Shown in pieces: positions 28,873-41,086 of a stretch of DNA of 64,000 nt. Position 1 is the first letter of the stretch, and each line of letters opens with the position of its first letter. A program made the translations under genes and the position numbers. The stretch is from assembly GCA_963796965.1 (NCBI GenBank), contig CAWCNS010000006.1, positions 256,001 through 320,000 of the forward strand, in the 5' to 3' direction. This DNA comes from Calditrichia bacterium (lineage in GTDB: Bacteria > Calditrichota > Calditrichia > JAJRVZ01). Under the pieces are notes generated by a model. The model worked only from the letters and a program-made list of their open reading frames with translations, was not told the origin of the DNA and did not search any database.

Positions 28873-29442
28873 CTAAGTTAATCTTTCCTTCAATACCTTA
28901 TTGAGCATTTCACGTGCTCTGAAGATGCGTGCTTTTACCGTACCTAAAGGTAGATCAAGAATTTCAGCGATTTCCTCATATGATTTTTCATCATTATGTC
29001 TAAGAACAATAGCAGTATAATATTTCTCAGGCAGGGTTTGTATCGCTTCCTGTATCATATTGCTGCGTTCTCTTGCAAGGATTGATTTTTCAGGATTTAA
29101 GTCTGGATCAGGAATTTCATGTTGAATTTCAGAATCTTTATACTGAATAGGCTTGTCAAGTGAGTAGGTTTGTAATTTTCGCTTTCTAAAAAAATCTATA
29201 CAATTATTAGTGGCTATTTTGTACAACCAGGTAGAAAATGCATATTCTTCATTAAAAGAAGCTAGAGAATTAAAGGCTTTGATAAAAGCTTCCTGTGTCA
29301 AATCCTCCGCTTCCTGAACGTCACGTACCATTCGGTAAACAAGATTATATACGGAGTTTTTATATTTCTTTAATAAACCCTCGTAAGCCTTGGCATCACC
29401 AGTTTTTGCTTTATTGATTAATTCGGAATCGTTTTCTTTCAC
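28873..29442 (-). CDS. ECF RNA polymerase sigma factor (SigW-like)
   Basis: AEDLTQEAFIKA, FSTWLYKIATN, SYEEIAEILDLPLGTVKARIFRAR; GTG start. Confidence 0.95.
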   Translation of the reverse strand: MKENDSELINKAKTGDAKAYEGLLKKYKNSVYNLVYRMVRDVQEAEDLTQEAFIKAFNSLASFNEEYAFSTWLYKIATNNCIDFFRKRKLQTYSLDKPIQYKDSEIQHEIPDPDLNPEKSILARERSNMIQEAIQTLPEKYYTAIVLRHNDEKSYEEIAEILDLPLGTVKARIFRAREMLNKVLKERLT

Positions 29443-29748
29443 AATATATCACAAACATGTTTTGATTTGTGTACTTGAATCATGATTTATGATTTCGTAT
29501 AATTTTAATATTAAGTAATTATTTGTTAAATATTAAGTTAAATATTTTCAATTACTTTTGTCAAGAGCAAATTCTTTAATGTTCTTTCTTAGCAAGATGT
29601 CATAAATACTAAAATATCTTAAATCATAAACCAATTTAAATTATCTCACACTGAGACGCAAAGACATGTATAAAATATGACTAAAGAAAAAGGGTTGGGT
29701 ATACGGTAATTATAAACGCCAGTTATGCTCAATAGAATTTGAATTTAT

Positions 29749-30129
29749 ATGGCTGTAATTTCTATAGGTGTTGATATATGTGATGTAAACCGAATTCGGA
29801 ATCTCGAAGAAAAACATCATATGAGATTTTTGAAAAAGGTGTTTACGACCACCGAGATTGAATATTGTCTTGGTAAAGTAACCAAATACACCTCATTTGC
29901 TGCACGGTTTGCTGCAAAAGAAGCATTCCTCAAAGCACTCGGCACCGGTTTGAGAACCGGATTGCAATGGAAAGAAATTGAAGTTGAAAATGATGATCTT
30001 GGTAAACCGCATTTGAATCTTTATGGTCAAACGGCTACAAATATTGGTAATCGTAATGTACAATTATCCTTGTCTCATACAGATGACAATGCAATTGCCT
30101 TCGTCATTATTGAAGGAGATCCTTTTTAG
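29749..30129 (+). CDS. acpS: Holo-ACP synthase
   Basis: GVDI, AARFAAKEAFLKALGTG, GKP, LSLSH. Confidence 0.96.
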   Translation: MAVISIGVDICDVNRIRNLEEKHHMRFLKKVFTTTEIEYCLGKVTKYTSFAARFAAKEAFLKALGTGLRTGLQWKEIEVENDDLGKPHLNLYGQTATNIGNRNVQLSLSHTDDNAIAFVIIEGDPF

Positions 30130-30131
30130 TT

Positions 30132-31673
30132 ATGATTAAAGTATTATCCAATGACCAGATGCGTCATATGGATGCTTACGCTATCCAAAATCTAAATGTC
30201 CCGGGTCTCATATTAATGGAGAATGCCGGGCGACATGCCTATGAATATATCTGTGGATTTATTGACAATCATAATTTAAATGGTTTGATCCAGGTATACT
30301 GTGGCAAAGGTAATAATGGTGGTGATGGATATGTGATAGCCCGACATTTATTTAATAACGGATACGACGTTAACATTATTACTATTGGTGATCCGACGAA
30401 ATTAAAGGGAGATGCAAAAACCAATTATGAAATCTGCAAGAATTATAATATTCAATTTTCCATTATCACCTCTATTGACCAGGTTACAAAAAATGCAACT
30501 CCCATTTTGATTATAGATGCCTTATTGGGCACGGGTTTAAAGGGAAAGATTACAGGCTTAGTTGAGGAGGTTGTTAATTATATCAATCAGCTGCCCACTC
30601 CCGTCATTTCGATTGATATTCCCAGTGGACTTAATGGTGATTCACCTGTTATTGCCGGTTCCTGCATTGATGCAGATTTAACCATAACAATGGCCTTACC
30701 CAAAAGAGCTCATATGTTTTATCCGGCAAAAAGAAGAGTGGGCACATTAGAAGTCGCCGACATTGGCATGCCTTCCTACCTTAAAAATGATCCTGGGCTA
30801 AATCTGAATCTTGTCGAACATTCCGATTTATCCTTTCCAGAAATTCTTGAAGATGACCATAAATATTCTGCCGGCAAATTATTTGTTCTAGCGGGTTCAA
30901 CCGGGATGACAGGGGCAGCTTCATTAGTTGCCAATGCCGCTCTTCGAACAGGAGTCGGGTTAGTGAATATAGGAATCCCCAAGAGCCTCAATCCTATCAT
31001 AGAGGTCAAAGTTACTGAGGGATTAACCATACCTCTGCCTGAAACAGATAGGGGAGGGGTTTCTGAAAGTGCAATTCCTCAGATTGAGGAGAGAATTCAA
31101 TGGGCCGATGCTGTCATTTTGGGACCGGGCTGTGGAAGAGAAAATGAAACCCAGACTGTACTGAACAATAGTATTGCGCTTTGTATCAGGTATAATAAAC
31201 CGGTATTGATTGACGCCGATGCTCTTTTTTCTCTTGCCTCAGATTCCTCACTCCTCCAGAAATTAAACAAATATACTCTTTTAACACCTCATCATGGTGA
31301 ATTTTTACGACTTACTTCCATTCAAAAAGATATTCTTTTGAACCAACCTTGGCAATGTTTAGAAGAATTTTTAACTGACAAGAATTTTTTTGTAAATTTA
31401 AAAGGGGCTCCTTCGATTGTCGGTGCTCCAAAAGATGGAATTTTCATAAATCCAACAGGGAATCCCGGTTTAGCTAAGGGGGGGAGCGGAGATGTTTTAG
31501 CGGGTATTATTGGGGGACTAATGGCAAAAGGACTTGACCCATTATCTGCAGCTATTACTGGAAACTATCTTCACGGTGAAGCTGCAGACATATTAGTCAC
31601 AATATATGGAGTAACCTCTCTCTTACCTTCTGATCTTATCGATATCTTACCAGAATTATTTGATCGACCATAG
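30132..31673 (+). CDS. nnr: Bifunctional NAD(P)H-hydrate epimerase/dehydratase
   Basis: LMENAG, CGKGNNGGDG, DALLGTG, DIPSG, LTPHHGEF, LAKGGSGDVLAG. Confidence 0.95.
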   Translation: MIKVLSNDQMRHMDAYAIQNLNVPGLILMENAGRHAYEYICGFIDNHNLNGLIQVYCGKGNNGGDGYVIARHLFNNGYDVNIITIGDPTKLKGDAKTNYEICKNYNIQFSIITSIDQVTKNATPILIIDALLGTGLKGKITGLVEEVVNYINQLPTPVISIDIPSGLNGDSPVIAGSCIDADLTITMALPKRAHMFYPAKRRVGTLEVADIGMPSYLKNDPGLNLNLVEHSDLSFPEILEDDHKYSAGKLFVLAGSTGMTGAASLVANAALRTGVGLVNIGIPKSLNPIIEVKVTEGLTIPLPETDRGGVSESAIPQIEERIQWADAVILGPGCGRENETQTVLNNSIALCIRYNKPVLIDADALFSLASDSSLLQKLNKYTLLTPHHGEFLRLTSIQKDILLNQPWQCLEEFLTDKNFFVNLKGAPSIVGAPKDGIFINPTGNPGLAKGGSGDVLAGIIGGLMAKGLDPLSAAITGNYLHGEAADILVTIYGVTSLLPSDLIDILPELFDRP

Positions 31674-31690
31674 AAGACTGGCTAGCTAGC

Positions 31691-32776
31691 CTAAACATTG
31701 AAGCGTACAGAGATGATATCCCCATTCTGGACAATATATTCTTTACCTTCTAATCTTAATAATCCTTTATCTTTACAGGCATTAAGACTACCCTCTTCAA
31801 TCAAAGTATCATAACCAACCACCTCAGCCCTGATAAATCCCTTATCCATATCTGAATGAATAGTCCCGGCAGCCTTTTGGGCATTTGTTTGTATTCGAAT
31901 TGTCCAGGCTCGGCATTCATCCTCCCCGACAGTAAAAAAGGATATAAGTCCGAGTAAATCATACGACTCTTTAATTAATTTTTGGGTGGCCGGTTCTGCA
32001 ATATTTAAATCAGAAAGAAATGCCTCTGCATCCTCTTCATCAAGTTGGGAGATTTCTTTTTCAATTTCCGCACTTAATTCAGTGATAGCACATTTGGCAT
32101 CAATAATATCATTTAATTCCTCTATTAAAGAGTTTTCAATTGCGATCTCGTTTTCTCCAATATTTAATACAAAGAGGATCGGTTTAGCACTTAAAAATTG
32201 AAATCCTTTGATGATTAACTGTTCCGCATCTGAAAGGTCTAAATCTCGGATCGGTCGTTCTTCTTCTAGTATTTCCTGGCATTTTTTTAATACCACAAGT
32301 TCTTTCTTATCTTTATCATTTTGTGTTTTCATTACCAATTTTTCAAGCTTTCCTATTCTGCTTTCAATAATCGATAGATCATTTAGCATGAATTCACTAT
32401 TGATGAAGTTAATATCCCGTTTAGGATTTACGCTTCCCATTGGATGGGGATATATATCATTTTCAAAAGCACGAATCATAACCAGTATAAGGTCTACCGT
32501 TTTTGTGTTTGATAGAAATTGATTGGGTAAGCCCGATCCCTGATGTCCGTCTTTATCCAAACCAGGTACTTTGATATATTCAATCGTTGCCGGGACTTCT
32601 TTTTGAGGTTGAAACATTTCTGTAAGTTTGTTCAGCCTGCTGTCTGGTACTTGAACAACACCACGTTCTGCATCATTTTTAAATTTTCCGGTGGATTCAT
32701 GGGATTTATGTGCTAGTAATGTCTCAAATAGTGTTGATTTTCCGGAAAAGGGTAAGCCAACTATTCCGATTTGCAT
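31691..32776 (-). CDS. ychF: Redox-regulated ATPase YchF
   Basis: GIVGLPFSGKST, VPDSRL, FFTVGEDECRAW, AGTIHSD, GFIRAEV, RLEGKEY. Confidence 0.95.
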   Translation of the reverse strand: MQIGIVGLPFSGKSTLFETLLAHKSHESTGKFKNDAERGVVQVPDSRLNKLTEMFQPQKEVPATIEYIKVPGLDKDGHQGSGLPNQFLSNTKTVDLILVMIRAFENDIYPHPMGSVNPKRDINFINSEFMLNDLSIIESRIGKLEKLVMKTQNDKDKKELVVLKKCQEILEEERPIRDLDLSDAEQLIIKGFQFLSAKPILFVLNIGENEIAIENSLIEELNDIIDAKCAITELSAEIEKEISQLDEEDAEAFLSDLNIAEPATQKLIKESYDLLGLISFFTVGEDECRAWTIRIQTNAQKAAGTIHSDMDKGFIRAEVVGYDTLIEEGSLNACKDKGLLRLEGKEYIVQNGDIISVRFNV

Positions 32777-32789
32777 ATTACCTCCAATA

Positions 32790-32819
32790 AAAAAAGCGGG
32801 ATTAAGTCTCCCGCCTTTT
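32790..32819 (-). terminator. Terminator-like hairpin upstream of ychF
   Basis: AAAAAAGCGGGA-ttaagtc-TCCCGCCTTTT. Confidence 0.55.
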
Positions 32820-32881
32820 CAATATACAATCTTTTTTATCAAAAATTATTAATGATATTTTACAAAAAATATCACATTCAC

Positions 32882-33147
32882 TCAAATATTGTTTTCCATT
32901 AATGGATTTACAATATTCTTCAGATAGTCCACTGAAGGATTTATATACGTTTTACCTTCTATTTCCAAAGTCGGAACAATTTTTTTTCCTCCACAGATCT
33001 CTTTTAGTTTTTCAATTGCCAATGGATCAGTGTCAACATGAATGACTTTGTAGGCAACGTTTTTTCTTCAAAAAACGATAGTATAGCTTTACAATCATGG
33101 CACCAATCTGTGGAATACATTTTTACAAAAGGTGTTGAATTCTCCAT
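32882..33147 (-). CDS. Glutaredoxin/NrdH-like small thiol protein, frameshifted (missing from the ORF track)
   Basis: Manual translation MENSTPFVKMYSTDWCHDCKAILSFFEEK, then after the A-run VAYKVIHVDTD...GGKKIVPTLEIEG; CxxC and cis-Pro VPT; SD AGAGGGGG. Confidence 0.85.
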
Positions 33148-33158
33148 GTTTCCCCCTC

Positions 33159-34613
33159 TTAACTTTTGTTAAGTCTTTCACGCGTTACACGAGCAACAAC
33201 ACCGGCTAAGAACAATAGACCAACCAGGTTTGGAAAAGCCATTAATGCATTGCCTATATTGCCTATATGCCAAACAATATTCAGATAATCAAAACTTTGT
33301 CCAGCAATTGGTGTCAGGATTGCACCCATAAATAAAAACAATATGAATATATAACGATATGGCATAATAACTTTATTTCCACCAAAGTATTCTATACATT
33401 TTTCTCCATAATAAGACCAACCAATTAATGTCGTGTATCCAAAAACAAACGATGCAACGGCAATAATCGTTCCCCCTAATCCGAATGGTATAACCGAATT
33501 AAAGGCTTTTTGGGTAACTAAAATACTGGTAATATTATCAGCCGCTCCTAAACCTTGCCAAGCCTGTGTTTGCATATAAGCACCCGTTAGGACTATTGTA
33601 AGGGTCGTCATAGAATTGACCAATATTGTATCTATAAAAACTCCCGTCATTGCTATCAATCCATTTTTGGTTGGTTCTTCAGACGTGGATGCTCCCTGAG
33701 CAATAGCAGCAGACCCCAAACCGGCTTCATTTGAAAGTAAACCCCGGCTAACCCCATTCTGTATAGCAAGCCCAACAGAAGCGCCTAATAATGGTTGAAA
33801 ACCAAAAGCTGATTTAAATATAACAGCAAATGCCTCTGGAATTTTTGTGATGTTTGCTATAATCACAATCGATGCAAAAATAATATAGAAGATAATCATT
33901 GAGGGTACCAACTTTTCAGAGACATGTCCAATTTTTTTAATTCCACCAATAATCACCATCCCAACCAATATTGCTATCAACAATCCAATAACGAAGTAAT
34001 AGATGGCAGGGGCTTGTTCTCCGGCAACACCACCATGAAAGGCACGGTTAAATGTGTTTGCAAGTGAAGCTGTCATCGAATTCGATTGGGCCATATTTCC
34101 TGTACCGATAAGACAAGCAATTGCTCCAAATAGCGCAAATGCGCCACCAAGCCATTTCCCAATTTTTTTGTTTTTTAATCCATTCTTAACATAGTACATT
34201 GGCCCGCCTGCCATCGTACCATTTGGAGCCACTTCACGATATTCTACACCTAAAAAACCTTCTGCATATTTAGTTGCCATCCCAAATATACCGGCAATCC
34301 ACATATACACGGGTGCGCCAGGGCCCCCTATTGCTATTGCAGTAGCGACACCGGCAATATTTCCGTTTCCTACTGTAGCCGCCAATGCAGTCATCAATGC
34401 TGCAAAGGGTGAAATATCGCCATGTCCTTTTTTTGAATGTGCCTCTTTTGAAAATATAAGTTTTATCGATACCCAGAAATGGGTGAATTGAAGTCCCCGC
34501 GTGCGTATAGTTAGAAATATTCCGGTTAGCAACAGGAGGGCGATCATTGGCAAACCCCAAAAGATCAGGTCTAATTCTCTAGTCCAGTACAGTACATGGT
34601 CAAAAAAGCCCAT
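33159..34613 (-). CDS. Alanine/glycine:cation symporter (AGCS)
   Basis: ALAATVGNGNIAGVATAIAIGGPGA, GGPMYY, SNEAGLGSA. Confidence 0.95.
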   Translation of the reverse strand: MGFFDHVLYWTRELDLIFWGLPMIALLLLTGIFLTIRTRGLQFTHFWVSIKLIFSKEAHSKKGHGDISPFAALMTALAATVGNGNIAGVATAIAIGGPGAPVYMWIAGIFGMATKYAEGFLGVEYREVAPNGTMAGGPMYYVKNGLKNKKIGKWLGGAFALFGAIACLIGTGNMAQSNSMTASLANTFNRAFHGGVAGEQAPAIYYFVIGLLIAILVGMVIIGGIKKIGHVSEKLVPSMIIFYIIFASIVIIANITKIPEAFAVIFKSAFGFQPLLGASVGLAIQNGVSRGLLSNEAGLGSAAIAQGASTSEEPTKNGLIAMTGVFIDTILVNSMTTLTIVLTGAYMQTQAWQGLGAADNITSILVTQKAFNSVIPFGLGGTIIAVASFVFGYTTLIGWSYYGEKCIEYFGGNKVIMPYRYIFILFLFMGAILTPIAGQSFDYLNIVWHIGNIGNALMAFPNLVGLLFLAGVVARVTRERLNKS

Positions 34614-34656
34614 ACGAATTATTCCTTTATTCGGTCAATATGATTGGTTCAGTATC

Positions 34657-36007
34657 TCAGTCGAATAGTCCAAATAGATTTAGTAATATCAAAAAGACAA
34701 CCACAGGTATAAAATATCTTATCATAAATATCCATATCCCTCTGGTCTTTTGAAAAAATGACGAATTAACTTCAAGTTCATCTGCTGCCTTCCCGGCACC
34801 CCAAACCCAACCGACAAATATTGAAAGAAGTAAAGCACCAAATGCGAGTGAAAAATCTCCCCATATAAAACTCATTTGGCTCAAAAAATCGGGCGAGGTT
34901 AGTCTTGCTGGTAACAAACCAAAATCTGTAAAAAATTCTGAGGAGCCTTGTGAAAGAGCAGAAGGTAAACCCACTATAAAGGTAAACGCAGACTACGGCC
35001 CAAACTATTTTTTTACGATCCACTTTTTTCTCATCAACCAGATATGCTACAGGCACCTCAAGAAGAGAAATAGTTGAAGTAAGTGCGGCTACTGTCAACA
35101 AAATAAAGAAAAATGTTCCAACGACCAATCCTCCCGGCATCTGAATAAAAAGTTTCGGGAGGACAACGAAGACGAGTGAAGGTCCGGCGGACGGGCTTTC
35201 ACCCATCGCAAAAAGGGCTGGAAAAATAATTAACCCCGCCATTATGGCGATCATTGTGTCAAACAGACCAATATAAAAAGCGGAACTTATTATATTGTCC
35301 CTTTTTGATACATAACTGCCATAAGTAATCATAAGACCCATTCCTAAACTTAAGGAGAAAAAAGCTTGTCCCAGGGCAGCCAGCATTGTCTTACCTGTTA
35401 TTTTTGATATATCCGGTTGCAGATAAAAAGCTAACCCACGCCCCGCCCCATCAAGAGTAACCGAGTAAATTATTAATCCAATAAGCAATATAAATAGAAT
35501 GGGCATCAATATTTTTGACCATCGTTCTATCCCAGCCTCAACACCTCCATAGACAATAGACGTTGTCAGCAGCATAAAAAGCGCGAATAGGAATAATACC
35601 ATAAGGGGATTTGATACAAATTCTGAAAAATCGCTAACATTCCCTGTCGCCATTTTAAAGATATAACCAAAGGTCCAACCAGCAATCACACCATAAAAAG
35701 AAAGGATTCCAACACCAGTTAGTACACCCAGCACGCCAACCCATTTCCATGGTGACCCGGGTTTTATAGCTTCAATGGCACCTACCGGATTCTTCTGAGA
35801 CAGCCTTCCCAGAGCCAATTCTGCAAACATATAGGGTAGTCCAATTATCACAACAAAAATTATATAAAGCAATACAAAAGCAGCACCACCATTTTCGCCT
35901 ACCACATATGGGAATCGCCAGATATTGCCTAGCCCAATTGCTGACCCAGCTGCAGCAAAAATAAACCCGATTTTTGAACTCCACTGTCCGCGTTGTGCAT
36001 CCATCAA
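34657..36007 (-). CDS. Sodium-dependent transporter, NSS/SNF family, frameshifted near 34990
   Basis: AAGSAIGLGNIWRFPY, GQAFFSLSLG, ALTSTISLLE; C-terminus RYFIPV in the second frame. Confidence 0.92.
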
Positions 36008-36244
36008 TTATTCTCCTGAGATCTCTTTAAACCGAAAAACTAATACTTATATAAGTTAATCGGGGCAATTTAATAAAAATATGTATAAATGTTTAATAAA
36101 AAACTATGTTATCCAAGTAATCGCTTTTTTCAAGATTATATATATATAAATGAATTCTATTTTGATTACTATTATATTTGATAATCCTATTGATATTATT
36201 AACTTTGTTGGAATTTTTTATCAACTCTCACGATTGAATGTCTT

Positions 36245-37398
36245 ATGAATACCATTTATCTGGACCATGCATCAACAACACCTATCGATCCTGATGTCAA
36301 TGATTTAATGCATCAAACTGCTCTGCAGGTTTATGCAAACCCTTCAAGCGTTCACTCATTTGGTCAGCAAAGTAAAGTACTTTTAGAAAAGGCCCGCAAA
36401 ATTTTAGCCGATTCTGTTGGTGGTAAGTCTGGTGACGTTTTTTTTACCGCAGGAGGTACCGAAGCTAATAATCTTGCCATTCTTGGTTGTGTAAGAGCCA
36501 ACAATCATCATGGCAAGCACCTCATCACTTCAAAAATCGAACATCCATCTGTACTTAATGTTTTTCATCATCTTGAAACTCTTGGCTATTCGGTGTCTTA
36601 TATTGATGTGGATGAAATGGGACAACCAGATATAAACCAATTTAAATCCTTGTTAAGAAATGATACCATTCTGGTTTCCCTTATGTTAGCAAATAATGAG
36701 ACAGGATCTGTGTTCCCGATTCGGGAAATTGGAGAACTTCTTAATAGGCATACTTCTTTTTTTCATTGTGATGCCGTACAGGCATACAGTAAAATTCAAA
36801 TCTCCTTATCTGACTTCATGATTGACTTATTAACCATATCAGGGCACAAGATCTATGGCCCTAAAGGTGCTGGCGCTTTGCTCACCCGTCAGTCGGTACC
36901 AATCCAATCCATATTGTTTGGAGGATCCCAGGAAACCAATGTTCGCCCAGGAACAGAGAATCTACCGGCTATTGCAGGCCTGGCTATAGCTGCAGAAAAA
37001 ATAGCAATTAATATGGATATAGCTAAAAATATTTCTACCATAAGAAATTTATTTGAGCAGAAATTAAAACAAACGATTCCAGGTATTATCATTCATGGAG
37101 AGAAATCTCAACGTGTTTGTAGTCATTCAAATGTTTATTTTCCGTTTATTTCAGGTGATGCCATGCTGATTAACCTCGATCAGGAGGGAATAGCCGTCTC
37201 TACCGGTTCTGCTTGTAGTCGGGCTCGAGCAAACCTTCCTATGTGCTTAAATCTATGGGCTTTGATAGTAAACATATACGTAACTCCATAAGATTTTCCT
37301 TTGGTAAAACAAATAGGATAGAAGAAATTCAGAGGGTTATTGATGTTATATACCGTATTTATAGACGCTTTGATTCGGGAAATAAATATTTAAACTAA
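36245..37398 (+). CDS. Cysteine desulfurase (IscS/NifS family), frameshifted near 37220
   Basis: YLDHASTTP, NPSSVH, GGTEANN, IEHPSV, SGHKIYGPKG, STGSACS; IRFSFG follows in another frame. Confidence 0.93.
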
Positions 37399-37455
37399 TC
37401 AAACCTGATACTCAGTAAGCAGATTGATTTGTACCAATTATGAAAAGTATTTGCT

Positions 37456-39247
37456 ATGCATGAAGATGAAATTACAGGAAAAGCGTATGATTCAAAATTG
37501 ATGAAGCGCTTACTTGCTTATACCGCCCCCTATAAAAAATTAATCTTTATAGGTGTTCTGCTAACTCTTTTCGCCTCATTGTTACAATTAGCCGGACCAT
37601 ACCTCACAAAATTGGCCATTGATAAGTACATTGCAAATAAGGAACTGTCCGGACTATATCTAATTCTATTAGTTTATTTCATTGTTCTTATTTTTATATT
37701 TCTAACACAATATGCGCAAATCTATGTAACCCAATATTTCGGCCAAAGATTGATGTTCGATATTCGGTCAAAAGTATTCCAATACATACACAAACTTTCC
37801 CTTTCATTTTTTGATAAAAATCCCGTTGGTCGTTTAATGACCCGGGTGACCTCAGATGTCGAAGCGCTTAATCAAATGTTTACCCAGGGTATTGTTTCAA
37901 TTTTTGGTGATATATTTCTTCTTTTAGGTATAATGATTGCTTTATTCTATATGGATCCCCGCCTTGCCTTTTGGGTGCTTTCTGTTGTGCCTGTATTGTT
38001 TATTATATCAATTATTTTTCGTATCCGTGTTCGTAATTCTTTCAGACGTATTCGGAAGTGGGTTGCGCAGATCAATACCTATGTGCAGGAAAATATTACA
38101 GGTATGCAAATTGTTCAGGTATTTAACCGGGTTGACAAAAATTATCAAAACGTTTTCCGAGATCAATTATGGAACATACCCAGGCCCACATTAAAACTGT
38201 TTTTTACTTTGCTCTTTTTTATCCTGCCATTGAATTAGTCGGTGCATTTGCAATATGCCCTCGTAATTTGGCGAGGTGGTATTTTCAAGTTGAGGGGCTA
38301 ACAACATTTGGTGCATTGGTTGCTTTTATACAGTATGCACAAATGTTTTTCCGTCCAATTAGTGATTTATCTGAAAAATATAATATTCTTCAACAAGCCA
38401 TGGCATCATCTGAGCGAATTTTTAAATTACTTGACACACCCATTTCTAATTAGAATCTGATCCATACTCCTCAAAAGATTGAAAATATTAGAGGCAAAAT
38501 TAAATTTCAATCGTGTTAATTTTGCTTACAATGAACCTGAATTATATCTTGAAGGATGTCAGCTTTGAACTGAATCCCGGGGAAAGTATTGCCATCGTTG
38601 GCCATACTGGCGCCGGAAAAACCAGTTTAATTAATATACTTGCCCGACAGTATGATTTTCAGAATGGTGATATATTTGTAGATGATATATCAATACGAAA
38701 GTGGGATTTGAATTCCCTTCGCAGTCAGATTGCTGTTGTTTTGCAGGATGTTTTCCTTTTTTCCGGAACGTGTGGCTGATAATATTCGTCTTGGAAATAA
38801 GCATATTTCTATTGACACGATTAAATGGGCTGCTAAGCAAGTCAATGCTCACGAGTTTCATTGAAAAATTCCCCAAAAATATGACACGCCAGTAAAGGAA
38901 CGTGGAACAACTTTATCGATGGGTCAGAAACAACTGATTTCATTTGCAAGGGCATTCGTTGTAAATCCACGAATTTTAGTATTAGATGAGGCGACTTCTA
39001 GTGTGGATACAGAAACTGAAATGCTTATTCAGGGGGCTTTGGAAACATCTAATGACAACAACCGAACATCATTAATCATTGCCCACCGATTATCCACAAT
39101 CAAAGCACGTGAATAAAATTATTGTAATGCATAAGGGAACAATCCGGGAAATGGGAACACATGAGGAATTGCTTGAGAAAAGAGGACTTTACTATCAACT
39201 TTATCTTATTGCAGTATAAATCTCAGGAGAAATTATCTATAGAATAG
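37456..39247 (+). CDS. ABC exporter (fused TMD-NBD, MsbA/MdlB-like) with multiple frameshifts
   Basis: [19 protein letters not shown] Walker [20 protein letters not shown] and IAHRLST across 5-6 frames. Confidence 0.88.
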
Positions 39248-39263
39248 ATCTGTGATTCGTATT

Positions 39264-39301
39264 AAAAAAAAGGCGTTCCGTAAATGAAAACGCCTTTTTT
39301 T
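39264..39301. terminator. Bidirectional terminator between convergent genes
   Basis: A-tract-GGCGTT...AACGCC-T-tract. Confidence 0.8.
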
Positions 39302-39314
39302 AATGAAAAATATT

Positions 39315-40614
39315 TTACTTAATTCCGGCAATTTCTTCAAGCATATCAATGTTAGTGATTTTGGTCTTTCAATTGACTGACCCAAAGCCCGATCCCAAAC
39401 AATATTTGGTAAAACGCCAAATGCACGACCAACACCAAATTGACGGTATAAAAATCATATTCCTGAACACCATAATGCCATTGAATAACACCAGAATGGG
39501 CATCAACATTTGGCCATGGATTTTTTGCTTTACCCTGTTCCTCCAAAACCGGAGGGACAACATCATAGAGCAGACTTACAACTTTAAAAATCTGCATCAT
39601 CAGGTAGATGCTTTAGAGCAAATTCACGTTGAGAGGTATAACGCGGATCCGTTTTTCTTAATACCGCATGTCCATATCCCGGAACAACTTGACCAGAATT
39701 CAAAGTATCCCAAACAAATTTATGCATTTCCTCTTTTGTTGGGTTATCTCCAACTTTTTTCATCATTTCCTGAATCCAACGCAAAACTTCCTGATTGGCC
39801 AATCCATGCAATGGCCCTGCTAATCCATTTAACCCTGCTGATAAAGAATAGTAAGCATCAGAGAGAGTGGAAGCAACCAGATGGGTCGTATGTGCACTTA
39901 CATTGCCACTTTCATGATCACTATGAAGAATAAAATAGAGACGTGATAATTCATCATATGGTGAACCAATTCCCATCATATGGGCATAGTTTTTTCCATA
40001 ATCAAGTGAGAAATCAGGTTCAATAGGAGAATCATTTTTATATTTATAGCGATATATATAGGCAGCAATTGTGTTTAATTTGGCCAATAAATTCATGGCA
40101 TCTTCATACATCGGATCCCAGTAATCAAATTTACTCATACCTTCATTATATTTTTTTACAAATACAGAGTCTTTTTGAAGAGCCATAATCGCAATGGAAA
40201 ACATCGTCATCGGATGCGTATCTTTTGGCAGAGCCCGTAGTGTATCCCATACATAATTGGGCACTTCTCCTCTTGCCTGAAATCTTTAATAACTTCCTGA
40301 ACTTGATCCTCTGTTGGAATTTCTCCTGTTAACAGTAAATACAGATGACCCTCAACATAAGGCATTTCTGCCCCAGGTGCTTTAGGTAATTTTTCTAAGG
40401 TCTCTGGAATGGTATAACCCCTAAAACGAATTCCTTCAAATGGATCGAGATATGAGATGTCTGTTGTTAGGCATTTAATACCTCTCATTCCTCCGTAAAA
40501 CTGACTGATTTTTACCGTGTTAACTTCCGTATCTCCATGTTCTTTCACCAATTTTGTAACTCTTTCACGCCATTGGGGTAGGATAGAGGCGATTTTGTCC
40601 TTCATTTGAGTCAT
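39315..40614 (-). CDS. gltA: Citrate (Si)-synthase, eukaryotic/mitochondrial type, with multiple frameshifts
   Basis: [66 protein letters not shown]. Confidence 0.93.
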
Positions 40615-40737
40615 AATGAACTCCTTTCTTAAATTATATGGGGTGAGATTTATCCAAGCAGATGTATCGGGATATAACTACAATATAGTGCAATCATTCA
40701 CAAAGAGAAAGAAAAAAATGTTTATTTTTTAGTTTTT

Positions 40738-41004
40738 TTAGGAAACTTTACTTTTAGATTCTTCACCTAAACCGGATTTTTTTTCTTTTTTAGGAGATGG
40801 TGTATTCGTGCGTGTGTTTTTATTTTTATAATCAGTAATGTAAAAACCTGATCCTTTAAAAATTAATCCTGTCCCGCCTGATATTTTTCTTTGTACATTT
40901 TTTTCTTTGCATTTTGGACATACTTGTATGGGCTCAGATGCAATACTCTGAAATTCCTCAAATTCAAGTCCACAGGATTTGCAAAGATATTCATAGGTCG
41001 GCAT
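40738..41004 (-). CDS. FmdB-family zinc-ribbon protein
   Basis: MPTYEYLCKSCG...CPKC...FKGSGFYITDY. Confidence 0.93.
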   Translation of the reverse strand: MPTYEYLCKSCGLEFEEFQSIASEPIQVCPKCKEKNVQRKISGGTGLIFKGSGFYITDYKNKNTRTNTPSPKKEKKSGLGEESKSKVS

Positions 41005-41086
41005 TAATTAACTCCAAATCAATTTTTAGAAAGAAAATTTACAGAATTTTCTATAAACATTCCAACTAAATTGATATGTGTACGAC

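Noticed and set aside
39349..39933. 194-aa plus-strand ORF and other antisense or alternative-frame ORFs in the track (e.g. 562..939, 10530..10895, 25808..26167, 55892..56200)
   Set aside because: They overlap well-supported genes, show no recognisable motifs and have atypical composition
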